From Thermoflavifilum sp. (GTDB taxonomy: Bacteria > Bacteroidota > Bacteroidia > Chitinophagales > Chitinophagaceae), in assembly GCF_014961315.1 (NCBI RefSeq), contig NZ_CP063141.1:2591123-2655122 (forward strand): a DNA stretch of 64,000 nt, in the 5' to 3' direction. The stretch's first letter is position 1. Each line of letters begins with the position of its first letter. Shown here in pieces: positions 41,695 to 49,948 of the stretch. The position numbers and the translations under genes were made by a program. Under the pieces are notes generated by a model. It searched no databases. It worked only from the letters and a program-made list of their open reading frames with translations, and was not told where the DNA came from.

Positions 41695-43335
41695 TTATTC
41701 TCGTATGAATACTTGTTCAGGCTTCAGGGGTTCAGATTGAATAACCCTGTCGGGCAGACTCGCCGGTATGTATATCTGGCTGCAATTTGTACCCGATATA
41801 ACAAGTTGTGAAGTTGATGTTGATGAAAAAGAAAACCCGGTTAAATCAATATCCGCTGCATGCTCCAGCGTTATCAGTGGTGAAATTGCGTTTTTGATTT
41901 CTACATTTCTGAAAGCGATATTTTTTACGAAAGCAAGTTGCATTCCCGCATCGGCTTGCAGATGCATATCGGTAAAAAATATGCGTTCCACGGGCATTTC
42001 TGGAAGGCCACGCATGACAATTGCTGAAGCTGCACCACGCACCTGAATATCGCTGAGATGAAAGTCTGTAAAACGAGGCGTTTCGGCTGTTACAGGTCTG
42101 GCCAGGGTATCTATTGATGATGATTGTTCATAATAGGTATCAAATAAAATAGCTTCGTGGGCAATATCATGCATGTAAATACGGTCGATATAAATATCCC
42201 GTACCCAGCCGCCGCTGCCGCGCCTGCTCTTGATACGGATGCCGATATCGGTATTGATGAAATCACAATTGGTTACATAAATGTTTTTGATGCCACCATC
42301 TGTATTGCTCCCGATGACAAATCCACCATGGCCATGATACACAATACAATCGGCTATCAACACATTTTGTAATGCCGCAGAAGAATCGGCGTAACGACTG
42401 GGACTCGATTTCATGCAGATGCCATCATCGCCGGCATTTACTGTGCAGCGGTAAATAATGATATGCTTTCCTCCGCTGATATCGATGCCATCGCCATTCT
42501 GTGCCCACCACTCATTATTCACCTTCACATCTTTAATCATCACCTGTTCACAATAATTAGGGTAAAGTGCAAACTTAGGTGAGTTTTTCAGGGTTATGCC
42601 TTCAATCCATACATTTTTGCAACGCACCAGCAACACCATATAAGGACGCATATAGTCTCTTGCAGGCAGAAAATCGGCCGCCGTGAGTTTCTTACCGGAT
42701 TGCTTTAATTGTTTCAGGTATTGTTCGCCATCGCGTGCTTCAGCCGTAGGCCACCACATGTTTCCATTATCACTGAGCACTCCTCCTTTTTTCAACAAAT
42801 CTTTCCATTGTGCAGCCGTTTGTTTTTCTTTTTTCACGGGTCGCCAGCTATCACCCGACCCATCAATGATTCCTTCTCCTGTAATTGCCACATCTTCTAA
42901 ATCATAGCCCGAGATCGGTGAAGCTACCACAAAGCTGGAAGAACGAGGGGGTTGAATGATGGGATACTGGCTGTGATCCGGAGTAAACAATAATATCGCT
43001 CCCCTATCGAGATGAAGCTCAATGTGGCTGCGAAGCGTTATCGGACCTGTAAGCCACAGTCCCGGCGGAACCACAATTACACCTCCACCAGCTGCTGCAC
43101 AGCTATCAATAGCCTGCTGAATAAAATGCGTGTTTAAGGTCTGCCCATCAGGGCGCGCACCGAATTGAACAATATTGAAAACACGTTCGGGTATCACGGG
43201 TTTTTCCCAGAGCGAAAAAGAAAACGGAGCAGCATGCACATAATCCGCAAGGCTGCGTTCATGCACAATTCCCTGCGCGTACCCGGCAGCAGAAAAACTG
43301 ATTAAACAGAAGAATAAGCAAAGATGTTTCATACC
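41695..43335 (-). CDS. glycoside hydrolase family 28 (polygalacturonase-like)
   Basis: GH28 motifs NGDGIDI, GDDGICMKS, GHGGFVIGS and RIKS, with a parallel beta-helix repeat pattern. Signal peptide MKHLCLFFCLISFSAAGYAQG. Start taken at that ATG. Confidence 0.85.
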   Translation of the reverse strand, partial: GMKHLCLFFCLISFSAAGYAQGIVHERSLADYVHAAPFSFSLWEKPVIPERVFNIVQFGARPDGQTLNTHFIQQAIDSCAAAGGGVIVVPPGLWLTGPITLRSHIELHLDRGAILLFTPDHSQYPIIQPPRSSSFVVASPISGYDLEDVAITGEGIIDGSGDSWRPVKKEKQTAAQWKDLLKKGGVLSDNGNMWWPTAEARDGEQYLKQLKQSGKKLTAADFLPARDYMRPYMVLLVRCKNVWIEGITLKNSPKFALYPNYCEQVMIKDVKVNNEWWAQNGDGIDISGGKHIIIYRCTVNAGDDGICMKSSPSRYADSSAALQNVLIADCIVYHGHGGFVIGSNTDGGIKNIYVTNCDFINTDIGIRIKSRRGSGGWVRDIYIDRIYMHDIAHEAILFDTYYEQSSSIDTLARPVTAETPRFTDFHLSDIQVRGAASAIVMRGLPEMPVERIFFTDMHLQADAGMQLAFVKNIAFRNVEIKNAISPLITLEHAADIDLTGFSFSSTSTSQLVISGTNCSQIYIPASLPDRVIQSEPLKPEQVFIRE

Positions 43336-43468
43336 ATAACTACGTTTATGCAATGGATTTCAAAACTAAGCAAATCAACTAAATTTTATACATGATTAAC
43401 GATTCATTTTAGGCTTCAGCGTATGCATAGAGGTTTTCAAATGTATAAAATGCTTTACCTTAGTACGC

Positions 43469-45364
43469 ATGAAATCAATGCTATACATGAAATCACGTTT
43501 ATCCTTTTCGTTCATCCTGTGCTTGATGCTGGCCCTATACAAATGGGCATCGGCACAGGATACCCTACCCTTACCCCGGAATGTTGCCATTGCTTATGAA
43601 AAGGGAACGCGAAATAATAATGGTCAACCGGGCGTACATTACTGGCAAAACTTCGCCAGTTATCATATTAACGTGCATTTCACACCGGATACAAGACTTA
43701 TCTGGGGAAAAGAAAACATTTTGTATATCAATAACAGTCCGGATACCTTATCTTATTTCTGGTTCAAACTGTATCCGAATTTTTACCAGCGCGGAGCGGT
43801 ACGAAACACCGCAGTGCTTCCGCAGGACCTTACGGATGGCGTGCAAATAGGAAGCTATGCAATAGATGGCGTGCCACAGGATGCAGATCGACTCAACATC
43901 CGGGGAACGAATATGATTATGCCGGCTCCAAGGCCCTTGCTACCGCACGATTCTGTACGGATTGAAATAGCGTTCAGTTATGTGTTAAACAAAACATCGC
44001 ATCAGCGGACAGGTGAAATTGAAGACGGTGCTTATTTTATCGCGTATTTCTTCCCCCGACTGGCTGTGTATGATGATATTGACGGATGGAATACCTTTCC
44101 TTACAATGGACTGCAGGAGTTTTACAATGATTTCTGCGATTTTGATGTACAGATTCATGTGCCGGATGGATACGTAGTCTGGGCAACGGGCAACCTCCTG
44201 AATGCTGATGAAGTGTTGCAACCGCAGATTGTGCAGCGCCTTCATTTAGCTGAGCAAGAAGATGAAATACGCTTTGTGATTGATAGCATTGACCTGCAAC
44301 AGAAAAATGTAACCCAGCATCATCCCGTTAATACATGGCATTATCAGGCAAATGATGTTACCGATTTCGTATTTGCCACCAGCAATCGTTATGTCTGGCA
44401 ATCGACCAGCCTGATTGTGGATTCAACAACAGGTCGAAGAACCCGTGTCGACGCCGTATATGACCTCCGGCATAAAGATTATGAAGAAGTGATTGATTTT
44501 GCCCGTAAAACCGTAAAGGGCATCAGCTACTATTTTCCACACTGGCCATATCCCTATCCGCATGAAACCGTAGTCGATGGACTGGACCAGATGGAATATC
44601 CCATGATGGTAAACGATAATCCACTAAGTAATCGCGCATCAACAATTGAATTAACCGATCATGAAATTTTTCATACCCTGTTTCCTTTTTTCATGGGCAC
44701 AAACGAAACCAAATATGCCTGGATGGATGAAGGATGGGCAACACTGGGTGAATGGATCTTAACACCCTATATTGACAGTACCATACAGGATACTTACGGC
44801 ATACAGGCCTACGATCATTTTGCCGGAACAGAAGTGGACTTACCCATAATGACGCCGAGTACACAGGAAGAAGGAACGGATTATTATTTAAATTCCTATC
44901 CCAAGCCCGCGCTCGGATATTTGTATGTACGCGATATGCTGGGCCATGCCCTATTTGAAAAAGCCCTGCATCATTACATGCAAACCTGGCACGGCAAGCA
45001 TCCTATTCCGTATGATTTTTTTAATGCTATGAATGCGGGTGCAGGCAAAAACTTAAACTGGTTCTGGAAAAAATGGTTCTTTGATCCGGGATTTCCCGAC
45101 CTGGCTATCGATCGGGTCATGCATCATGGCAATCAATATCGAGTGGTGATTCGTGCAGTAGGTAATAAACCCGTGCCGATTGACTTGAAAGCATATTTGC
45201 AAAATGGCGATAGTATACAGATACATAGAGACATATCATGCTGGGAAAAGGGTAATCGGGAGGTGCTTATCCCCATCAAAAGTTCGGTTCGCATTACCCG
45301 CCTGGTATTAGGTGGTCTGTATGATGCAGATGTAAATAAATCCAATAATACCTACACCTTTTAA
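43469..45364 (+). CDS. M1-family zinc metallopeptidase
   Basis: HEIFH (HExxH) followed by WMDEGWATL, the gluzincin third ligand. Has a signal peptide ending ASAQ. Confidence 0.85.
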   Translation: MKSMLYMKSRLSFSFILCLMLALYKWASAQDTLPLPRNVAIAYEKGTRNNNGQPGVHYWQNFASYHINVHFTPDTRLIWGKENILYINNSPDTLSYFWFKLYPNFYQRGAVRNTAVLPQDLTDGVQIGSYAIDGVPQDADRLNIRGTNMIMPAPRPLLPHDSVRIEIAFSYVLNKTSHQRTGEIEDGAYFIAYFFPRLAVYDDIDGWNTFPYNGLQEFYNDFCDFDVQIHVPDGYVVWATGNLLNADEVLQPQIVQRLHLAEQEDEIRFVIDSIDLQQKNVTQHHPVNTWHYQANDVTDFVFATSNRYVWQSTSLIVDSTTGRRTRVDAVYDLRHKDYEEVIDFARKTVKGISYYFPHWPYPYPHETVVDGLDQMEYPMMVNDNPLSNRASTIELTDHEIFHTLFPFFMGTNETKYAWMDEGWATLGEWILTPYIDSTIQDTYGIQAYDHFAGTEVDLPIMTPSTQEEGTDYYLNSYPKPALGYLYVRDMLGHALFEKALHHYMQTWHGKHPIPYDFFNAMNAGAGKNLNWFWKKWFFDPGFPDLAIDRVMHHGNQYRVVIRAVGNKPVPIDLKAYLQNGDSIQIHRDISCWEKGNREVLIPIKSSVRITRLVLGGLYDADVNKSNNTYTF

Positions 45365-45462
45365 CCTGCTTCGCGTATTTACCAGACACCACATGATCGC
45401 CAGGGAAGCCATACATGCTAAAAACGGCGTTATTGCTATCTTTGCGGAAATCAGCAACACGT

Positions 45463-47262
45463 ATGCCGCGTTTGGAGACGATTCGTAATTTTTGCATCAT
45501 TGCCCATATTGATCATGGCAAAAGCACGCTGGCCGATCGCCTGCTGGAATATACCCATACACTCTCAGCGCGCGAAATGCAGGAGCAGGTGCTGGACGAC
45601 ATGGAACTGGAGCGGGAAAAAGGCATTACCATCAAGAGCCACGCAATTCAAATGCAATATGCCTATGGGGAACAAACCTATACCCTGAATCTGATTGATA
45701 CCCCGGGGCATGTAGATTTTTCTTATGAAGTATCGCGCGCACTTGCCGCATGTGAAGGGGCGCTATTGCTCGTAGATGCCACACAGGGTATTCAGGCGCA
45801 AACCATATCCAACCTGTATCTGGCACTGGATCATGATCTGGAAATCATCCCGGTCATTAATAAAATTGATATGGAAGGTGCGATGATTGAAGAAGTTAAA
45901 GAACAGATCATCGATCTGATTGGCTGCCGGGAGCAGGATATTTTGCTGGCATCGGCCCGCACGGGTGAGGGAGTGGAAGAGATTCTGAAAGCTATCGTGG
46001 AAAAAATACCGCCCCCTGAGGGGGATCCGGATGCGCCTTTACAGGCGTTGATTTTCGACAGTATGTATAATTCCTTTCGCGGAGTGGTAGCTTATTACCG
46101 GGTGTTCAACGGCACCCTGCGAAAAGGCGATAAAGTAAAATTTGTGAACACGGGCCGGGAATATGATGCCGATGAGGTGGGTATCCTTCGCCTGCGGCTG
46201 GAGCCACGCGATCAAATCAGTGCGGGAAATGTAGGTTACATTATCACAGGCATTAAATCGGCCAGTGAGGTACGTGTAGGTGATACCATCACGCTGGTGA
46301 GCAATCCCTGCAAAGAAGCCATCAAAGGCTTTGAAGAAGTAAAGCCCATGGTATTTGCCGGCATTTTTCCCGTGAACACAGAAGATTATGAAGAGCTACG
46401 CGATTGTATGGAAAAACTAAAGCTCAATGATGCAGCCCTGACCTTTGAGCCAGAAACCTCACAGGCACTGGGATTTGGATTTCGTTGTGGATTCCTGGGC
46501 ATGCTGCACATGGAGATTGTGCAGGAACGTCTTGAACGCGAGTTTCACCAGAGTGTAATCACCACCGTACCCAACGTAAGCTTTATTGCCTACACCACAA
46601 AAGGCGAAAAAATCATCGTGAATAATCCGTCTGAAATGCCCGACCCCAGCCGGCTTGATAGGGTAGAGGAACCATTTATTCGCGCACAAATCATTACCAA
46701 ACCCGAATATATTGGCAACATTATGACGCTTTGTCTGGGCAAACGCGGTACACTCATCAACCAGCATTATTTAACCCCCACACGCGTGGAACTCATTTTT
46801 GAAATGCCACTTACCGAAATTGTGTTTGATTTTTACGATAAACTCAAAAGCCAGACCCGCGGCTATGCTTCATTCGATTACCATCCGATCGGTTATCGGG
46901 AGAGTGATATCGTGAAAATGGATATTTTGTTAAATGGCGATAAGGTAGATGCCCTCAGCGCATTGATTCATCGCAGCCGTGCACAGGAGTTGGGCCGCAA
47001 ACTTTGCGAGAAACTGAAAGAATTATTGCCCCGTCAACAGTTCCAGATTGCTATTCAGGCCGCCATCGGTTCTAAAATCATTGCCCGGGAAAACATCAGT
47101 GCCCTGCGCAAGGATGTCACCGCCAAATGTTACGGTGGTGATATTACACGAAAACGCAAACTGCTGGAAAAACAAAAAGAAGGGAAGAAACGTATGCGGC
47201 AGATCGGCAGCGTGGAAGTCCCTCAGGAAGCATTTTTGGCTGTGTTGAAAATAAATGAATAA
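45463..47262 (+). CDS. lepA: translation elongation factor 4
   Basis: [30 protein letters not shown] and NKID GTPase motifs, plus the LepA-specific C-terminus. Start moved to ATG 45463 ([10 protein letters not shown]). Confidence 0.95.
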   Translation: MPRLETIRNFCIIAHIDHGKSTLADRLLEYTHTLSAREMQEQVLDDMELEREKGITIKSHAIQMQYAYGEQTYTLNLIDTPGHVDFSYEVSRALAACEGALLLVDATQGIQAQTISNLYLALDHDLEIIPVINKIDMEGAMIEEVKEQIIDLIGCREQDILLASARTGEGVEEILKAIVEKIPPPEGDPDAPLQALIFDSMYNSFRGVVAYYRVFNGTLRKGDKVKFVNTGREYDADEVGILRLRLEPRDQISAGNVGYIITGIKSASEVRVGDTITLVSNPCKEAIKGFEEVKPMVFAGIFPVNTEDYEELRDCMEKLKLNDAALTFEPETSQALGFGFRCGFLGMLHMEIVQERLEREFHQSVITTVPNVSFIAYTTKGEKIIVNNPSEMPDPSRLDRVEEPFIRAQIITKPEYIGNIMTLCLGKRGTLINQHYLTPTRVELIFEMPLTEIVFDFYDKLKSQTRGYASFDYHPIGYRESDIVKMDILLNGDKVDALSALIHRSRAQELGRKLCEKLKELLPRQQFQIAIQAAIGSKIIARENISALRKDVTAKCYGGDITRKRKLLEKQKEGKKRMRQIGSVEVPQEAFLAVLKINE

Positions 47263-47284
47263 AACGGGAAGATTAAATACGGTT

Positions 47285-47563
47285 CTAATCCCAGCATGTA
47301 TCAAAAAGAATATATTTCACAACCGTAGCCACAAGAATGCCTCCAACCAGCAAAATCCTGTTCCATTGTGCGAATTTAAAACGAATCACTTGCAAGGCTT
47401 TTGCAATATGCTTTTCTACTGTAGAAACAGAAATCTGCATCCGTTGTGCAATTTCTCTATAAGATAATTGTTCTTCTCTACTTAAAAGAAAAGCCTCGCG
47501 GCATTGGGGAGAAAGAGAAGCTATGGCTTCTTGCAGAAAAAGAATTATTTTATTCAGATACAA
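47285..47563 (-). pseudogene. 3' fragment (region 4) of an ECF-type sigma-70 factor, fused to 8 codons derived from the insertion
   Basis: ..FLQEAIASLSPQCREAFLLSREEQLSYREIAQRMQISVSTVEKHIAKALQVIRFKF is a sigma-70 region 4 HTH. Regions 1 and 2 are missing here and lie 1.1 kb away (48604-48990). The first 8 codons (MYLNKIIL) lie in the inserted DNA. Confidence 0.8.
47499..47539. repeat. left copy of a perfect 41-bp direct repeat
   Basis: cggcattggggagaaagagaagctatggcttcttgcagaaa is identical at 48629-48669. Bases on both sides of each copy differ. Confidence 0.95.
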
Positions 47564-47582
47564 TGATTAATGTGACAGGATT

Positions 47583-47831
47583 CTAACTATTTTCTGACTT
47601 ATGGTTTCTCTCTTTTAGCTTCAAAACTAAATTTCGAACTGAAAATATAGCGCCTATGAACAATACTATTGCTAAAATAATAAACGAAGTCTTATCCCAT
47701 TCACCAATTATTATAAGGCGTACAAAGAAAAATATGTATAAAGCTACGGATAGAATCCACAATACCTTTAATAAATATGATAAGTTAGGAGGCATACTAA
47801 GCTGCTTTTTAATCAAAATACAAAAAATCAC
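47583..47831 (-). CDS. small 2-TM membrane protein, candidate immunity protein
   Basis: 82 aa. Two hydrophobic helices (LLKVLWILSVALYIFFFVRLIII, SFIILAIVLFIGAIFSV) and a basic C-tail. Lies 74 bp downstream of the second peptide gene on the same strand. Function inferred from position only. Confidence 0.55.
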   Translation of the reverse strand: MIFCILIKKQLSMPPNLSYLLKVLWILSVALYIFFFVRLIIIGEWDKTSFIILAIVLFIGAIFSVRNLVLKLKERNHKSENS

Positions 47832-47905
47832 ATTCCATGATTAAATATTCATGAATTTGGAACTAATACTTCTCTTAAGGCAACACTTATATTCATTGCT
47901 TATTT

Positions 47906-48103
47906 CTAATCTGTCGCATGTGCTATTGCATACACTTCACAAGCAACGGTACCTGCTATTAAAACCGCTGCGCCAACCCCGGTCAAGGCTAAAAAACTTC
48001 CCACTAATTCAAGAGCACCCACTGCAGCACAGGCTCCATTCCAAAAAGGATCAGTTTTGCCGCCTACAATGTTTACCATTTCTTGATTTGATAATGTTTT
48101 CAT
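47906..48103 (-). CDS. double-glycine-leader bacteriocin-like peptide (paralog 2)
   Basis: MKTLSNQEMVNIVGG|KTDPFWNGACAAVGALELVGSFLALTGVGAAVLIAGTVACEVYAIAHATD. 15-aa GG leader and a Gly/Ala-rich hydrophobic core with 2 Cys. Confidence 0.8.
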   Translation of the reverse strand: MKTLSNQEMVNIVGGKTDPFWNGACAAVGALELVGSFLALTGVGAAVLIAGTVACEVYAIAHATD

Positions 48104-48182
48104 AACTGCATGTTTTAAATATTAATAAATAATTTCCTGGGATCTAATTAATTGATTTCAATTAATACCTCACGATAATACC

Positions 48183-48374
48183 TTACGAAGGACCACAACC
48201 ATCTGCTAATCCTGCTATACACACCACACCTGTTGCTCCTGCCAAAGGGGCAAAGATGGTTGAAAAGGCTAAAATTACGGTCGCTGTACACATGGCGCCT
48301 GTAAAAGCCTGGCATTTAGGATCTGTCGTTCCTCCTTCCACCCTTTCCATCTGTTCAAAGCTTAATGTTTTCAT
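48183..48374 (-). CDS. double-glycine-leader bacteriocin-like peptide (paralog 1)
   Basis: MKTLSFEQMERVEGG|TTDPKCQAFTGAMCTATVILAFSTIFAPLAGATGVVCIAGLADGCGPS. The same MKTLS..QEM..V.GG.TDP leader as paralog 2, and a core with 4 Cys. Confidence 0.8.
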   Translation of the reverse strand: MKTLSFEQMERVEGGTTDPKCQAFTGAMCTATVILAFSTIFAPLAGATGVVCIAGLADGCGPS

Positions 48375-48396
48375 GACTTTAAAATTTTAAAAGTAG

Positions 48397-48414
48397 CCTT
48401 TCAATATTGAAAGG
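48397..48414. promoter_or_regulatory. perfect 18-bp palindrome upstream of peptide gene 1 (candidate operator)
   Basis: cctttcaat|attgaaagg, lying 23-40 bp upstream of the ATG at 48374 (minus strand). Confidence 0.4.
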
Positions 48415-48467
48415 TAATGTAAAATTGAAAAGGATCTTTTAAATTTACAACAAGCTGACCTTATAAT

Positions 48468-48486
48468 TTATAACTTAAAGTTATAA
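48468..48486. promoter_or_regulatory. perfect 9-1-9 palindrome in the divergent intergenic region (candidate operator)
   Basis: ttataactt a aagttataa, located between the peptide operon and the HTH remnant. Confidence 0.35.
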
Positions 48487-48674
48487 TTTTTTCATTAAAT
48501 CTCCTATTTTCTCATGAAAACACCTCATCCACCAAAAAATCTAAAAAGCAGTTTCTGTCGCTGGCACAACGTATTTTGCAATACCGGTTGCAGCGGGAAT
48601 TTACGCAAAGTGTTGTGGCTGCGTATCTCGGCATTGGGGAGAAAGAGAAGCTATGGCTTCTTGCAGAAATGTAG
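48474..48674 (+). pseudogene. remnant of an XRE-type HTH regulator gene (frameshifted and 3'-truncated)
   Basis: This frame reads ..KKSKKQFLSLAQRILQYRLQREFTQSVVAAYLGI, an XRE-like helix-turn-helix N-terminus, then runs into the repeat and stops at 48672-48674. The only ATG (48514, MKTPHPP) is in another frame and could be joined by a 1-nt change in the A6 run at 48534-48539. Confidence 0.4.
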
Positions 48675-48990
48675 CCATTGCTTTTTCTGATAAGCTTTCA
48701 TCAACTGATGGTTGATTCATGCCTGTCGATAATTCCCTAATTTTATTTTGAATATATTTCCGATTCCTTTCAGAACGTAAAATATATAAAATTTTATTTC
48801 GGAGTGTCGCATAAAGATAAGCCTGTATGTTCCCATGACTATCCAGCTGATTAGCCTTTTAAAGAAGAAGGGGCTTAAATCCCGAATCCATGAAAAAGTA
48901 TATCGGGCATTCTATCCGGCAAAAGCGATATTCCCTATATATTAAAATTCTTTGAAACTTGATCTTTAATCCCCTAACGTTCCTCTGTGC
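48604..48990 (-). pseudogene. 5' fragment (region 2 and linker) of the same ECF-type sigma-70 gene, with an in-frame stop
   Basis: Minus-strand frame reads ..KANQLDSHGNIQAYLYATLRNKILYILRSERNRKYIQNKIRELSTGMNQPSVDESLSEKAMATFLQEAIASLSPQC, then RDTQPQHFA* (stop at 48601-48603). An in-frame TAA at 48859-48861 interrupts the region-2 part, and I see no usable start codon. The upstream end near 48990 is approximate. Confidence 0.7.
48629..48669. repeat. right copy of the perfect 41-bp direct repeat
   Basis: Identical to 47499-47539. Confidence 0.95.
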
Positions 48991-49022
48991 TATCTTTCGG
49001 AATTAATGTTTTCTTTGAAAAA

Positions 49023-49913
49023 TCAATCGGAAGGGGGATAGGAGTGGGGCCCTGATTTTCGGGAAATACTTTTGCTCACATGTACCCATTTGCCATTCTT
49101 CCATTTAAAACCTTCATAATTGCCATCCGGTACATACGTATTTTTTTTCTCGGGTTCATGATGCAGCGGCACCAATTCATCATATACAATCATTTTCAAT
49201 TCATCATCATAATTCATACCTGCATCTCCATCTTTTTTATATTCCAGTACAAAACGATTCCGATCAGCACCAGGAATGGAATCTTCAGCAAAACTGAAAA
49301 TAGGCGCACCGAATACAGGCTCGCCATGAGGGAAAGTAAGCGGCTCCAGAATCTTCTTATTGCTTAACAATGAATTTCCATTAAAACCAAATAAAGTGTA
49401 ATATTTCTGATTCTTAAAACGGGTTTCTATCAATCGATAATAAATACAACCGATCCATCCACGCGGACCGGTAATTGTATCCTCCAGATGATAGGTGAAT
49501 TCAGAATTATCGAACAAGGGGAATAACTTCAGCTGTCCATCTCGCGTATTCATTTGAATAGCCCCATAATAGCGATAAGAGCCAAAGCTACGTGGAAATT
49601 GCCAGCTGAAAACACGAAAGCTGCTATCCGGTGCATATAGAATCGATATTTGGCGTAAAGAATCAAACGGATAATAAAATGAACCCCGAATTTTTAATGC
49701 ATTCACCAGATGCGGAATAAAGGCATCATTTGCTTGCCTGCGAATCAGTTCATCTCTGCCGTTTACCAGCGTGTATGCCAGTAATTTAAGGCTATCTTCT
49801 TTTTGTTGCAATTCTTTCCATGCAGTTGCAGATGGCCTGTATTGCCCTCTTGCCAGGGGTGCTATCAACATCAGCATAAGCGTGAGCCAGCATGTAAAAC
49901 CAACGCGCAACAT
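49023..49913 (-). CDS. hypothetical secreted protein
   Basis: 296 aa with signal peptide MLRVGFTCWLTLMLMLIAPLARGQ. No family recognised. Confidence 0.65.
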   Translation of the reverse strand: MLRVGFTCWLTLMLMLIAPLARGQYRPSATAWKELQQKEDSLKLLAYTLVNGRDELIRRQANDAFIPHLVNALKIRGSFYYPFDSLRQISILYAPDSSFRVFSWQFPRSFGSYRYYGAIQMNTRDGQLKLFPLFDNSEFTYHLEDTITGPRGWIGCIYYRLIETRFKNQKYYTLFGFNGNSLLSNKKILEPLTFPHGEPVFGAPIFSFAEDSIPGADRNRFVLEYKKDGDAGMNYDDELKMIVYDELVPLHHEPEKKNTYVPDGNYEGFKWKNGKWVHVSKSISRKSGPHSYPPSD

Positions 49914-49948
49914 GAGTTAAATCTAAGAAGTTTGGTTGTTAATAATGA

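Larger units (their letters stand above)
47540..48628. other. AT-rich 1,089-bp inserted cassette inside the sigma-factor gene (no mobility gene)
   Basis: Bounded by the 41-bp repeats. Composition is visibly AT-rich, for example 13 G/C in 48121-48180. Contains two GG-leader peptide genes, a small TM protein gene and an HTH gene remnant. Confidence 0.7.

Noticed and set aside
47656-48105. Plus-strand ORFs 47656-47844 and 47851-48105 inside the cassette.
   Set aside because: They are antisense to the 2-TM protein gene and to GG-leader peptide 2. Their translations are low-complexity (L/H/Q/R-rich), whereas the minus-strand products have clear leader and TM architecture.
48514-48693. 59-codon ATG-initiated frame (MKTPHPPKNLKSSFCRWHNVFCNTGCSGNLRKV..).
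   Set aside because: The neighbouring frame gives a recognisable XRE-type helix-turn-helix. This frame after the A-tract has no recognisable features, so I read it as the out-of-frame continuation of a frameshifted regulator remnant.
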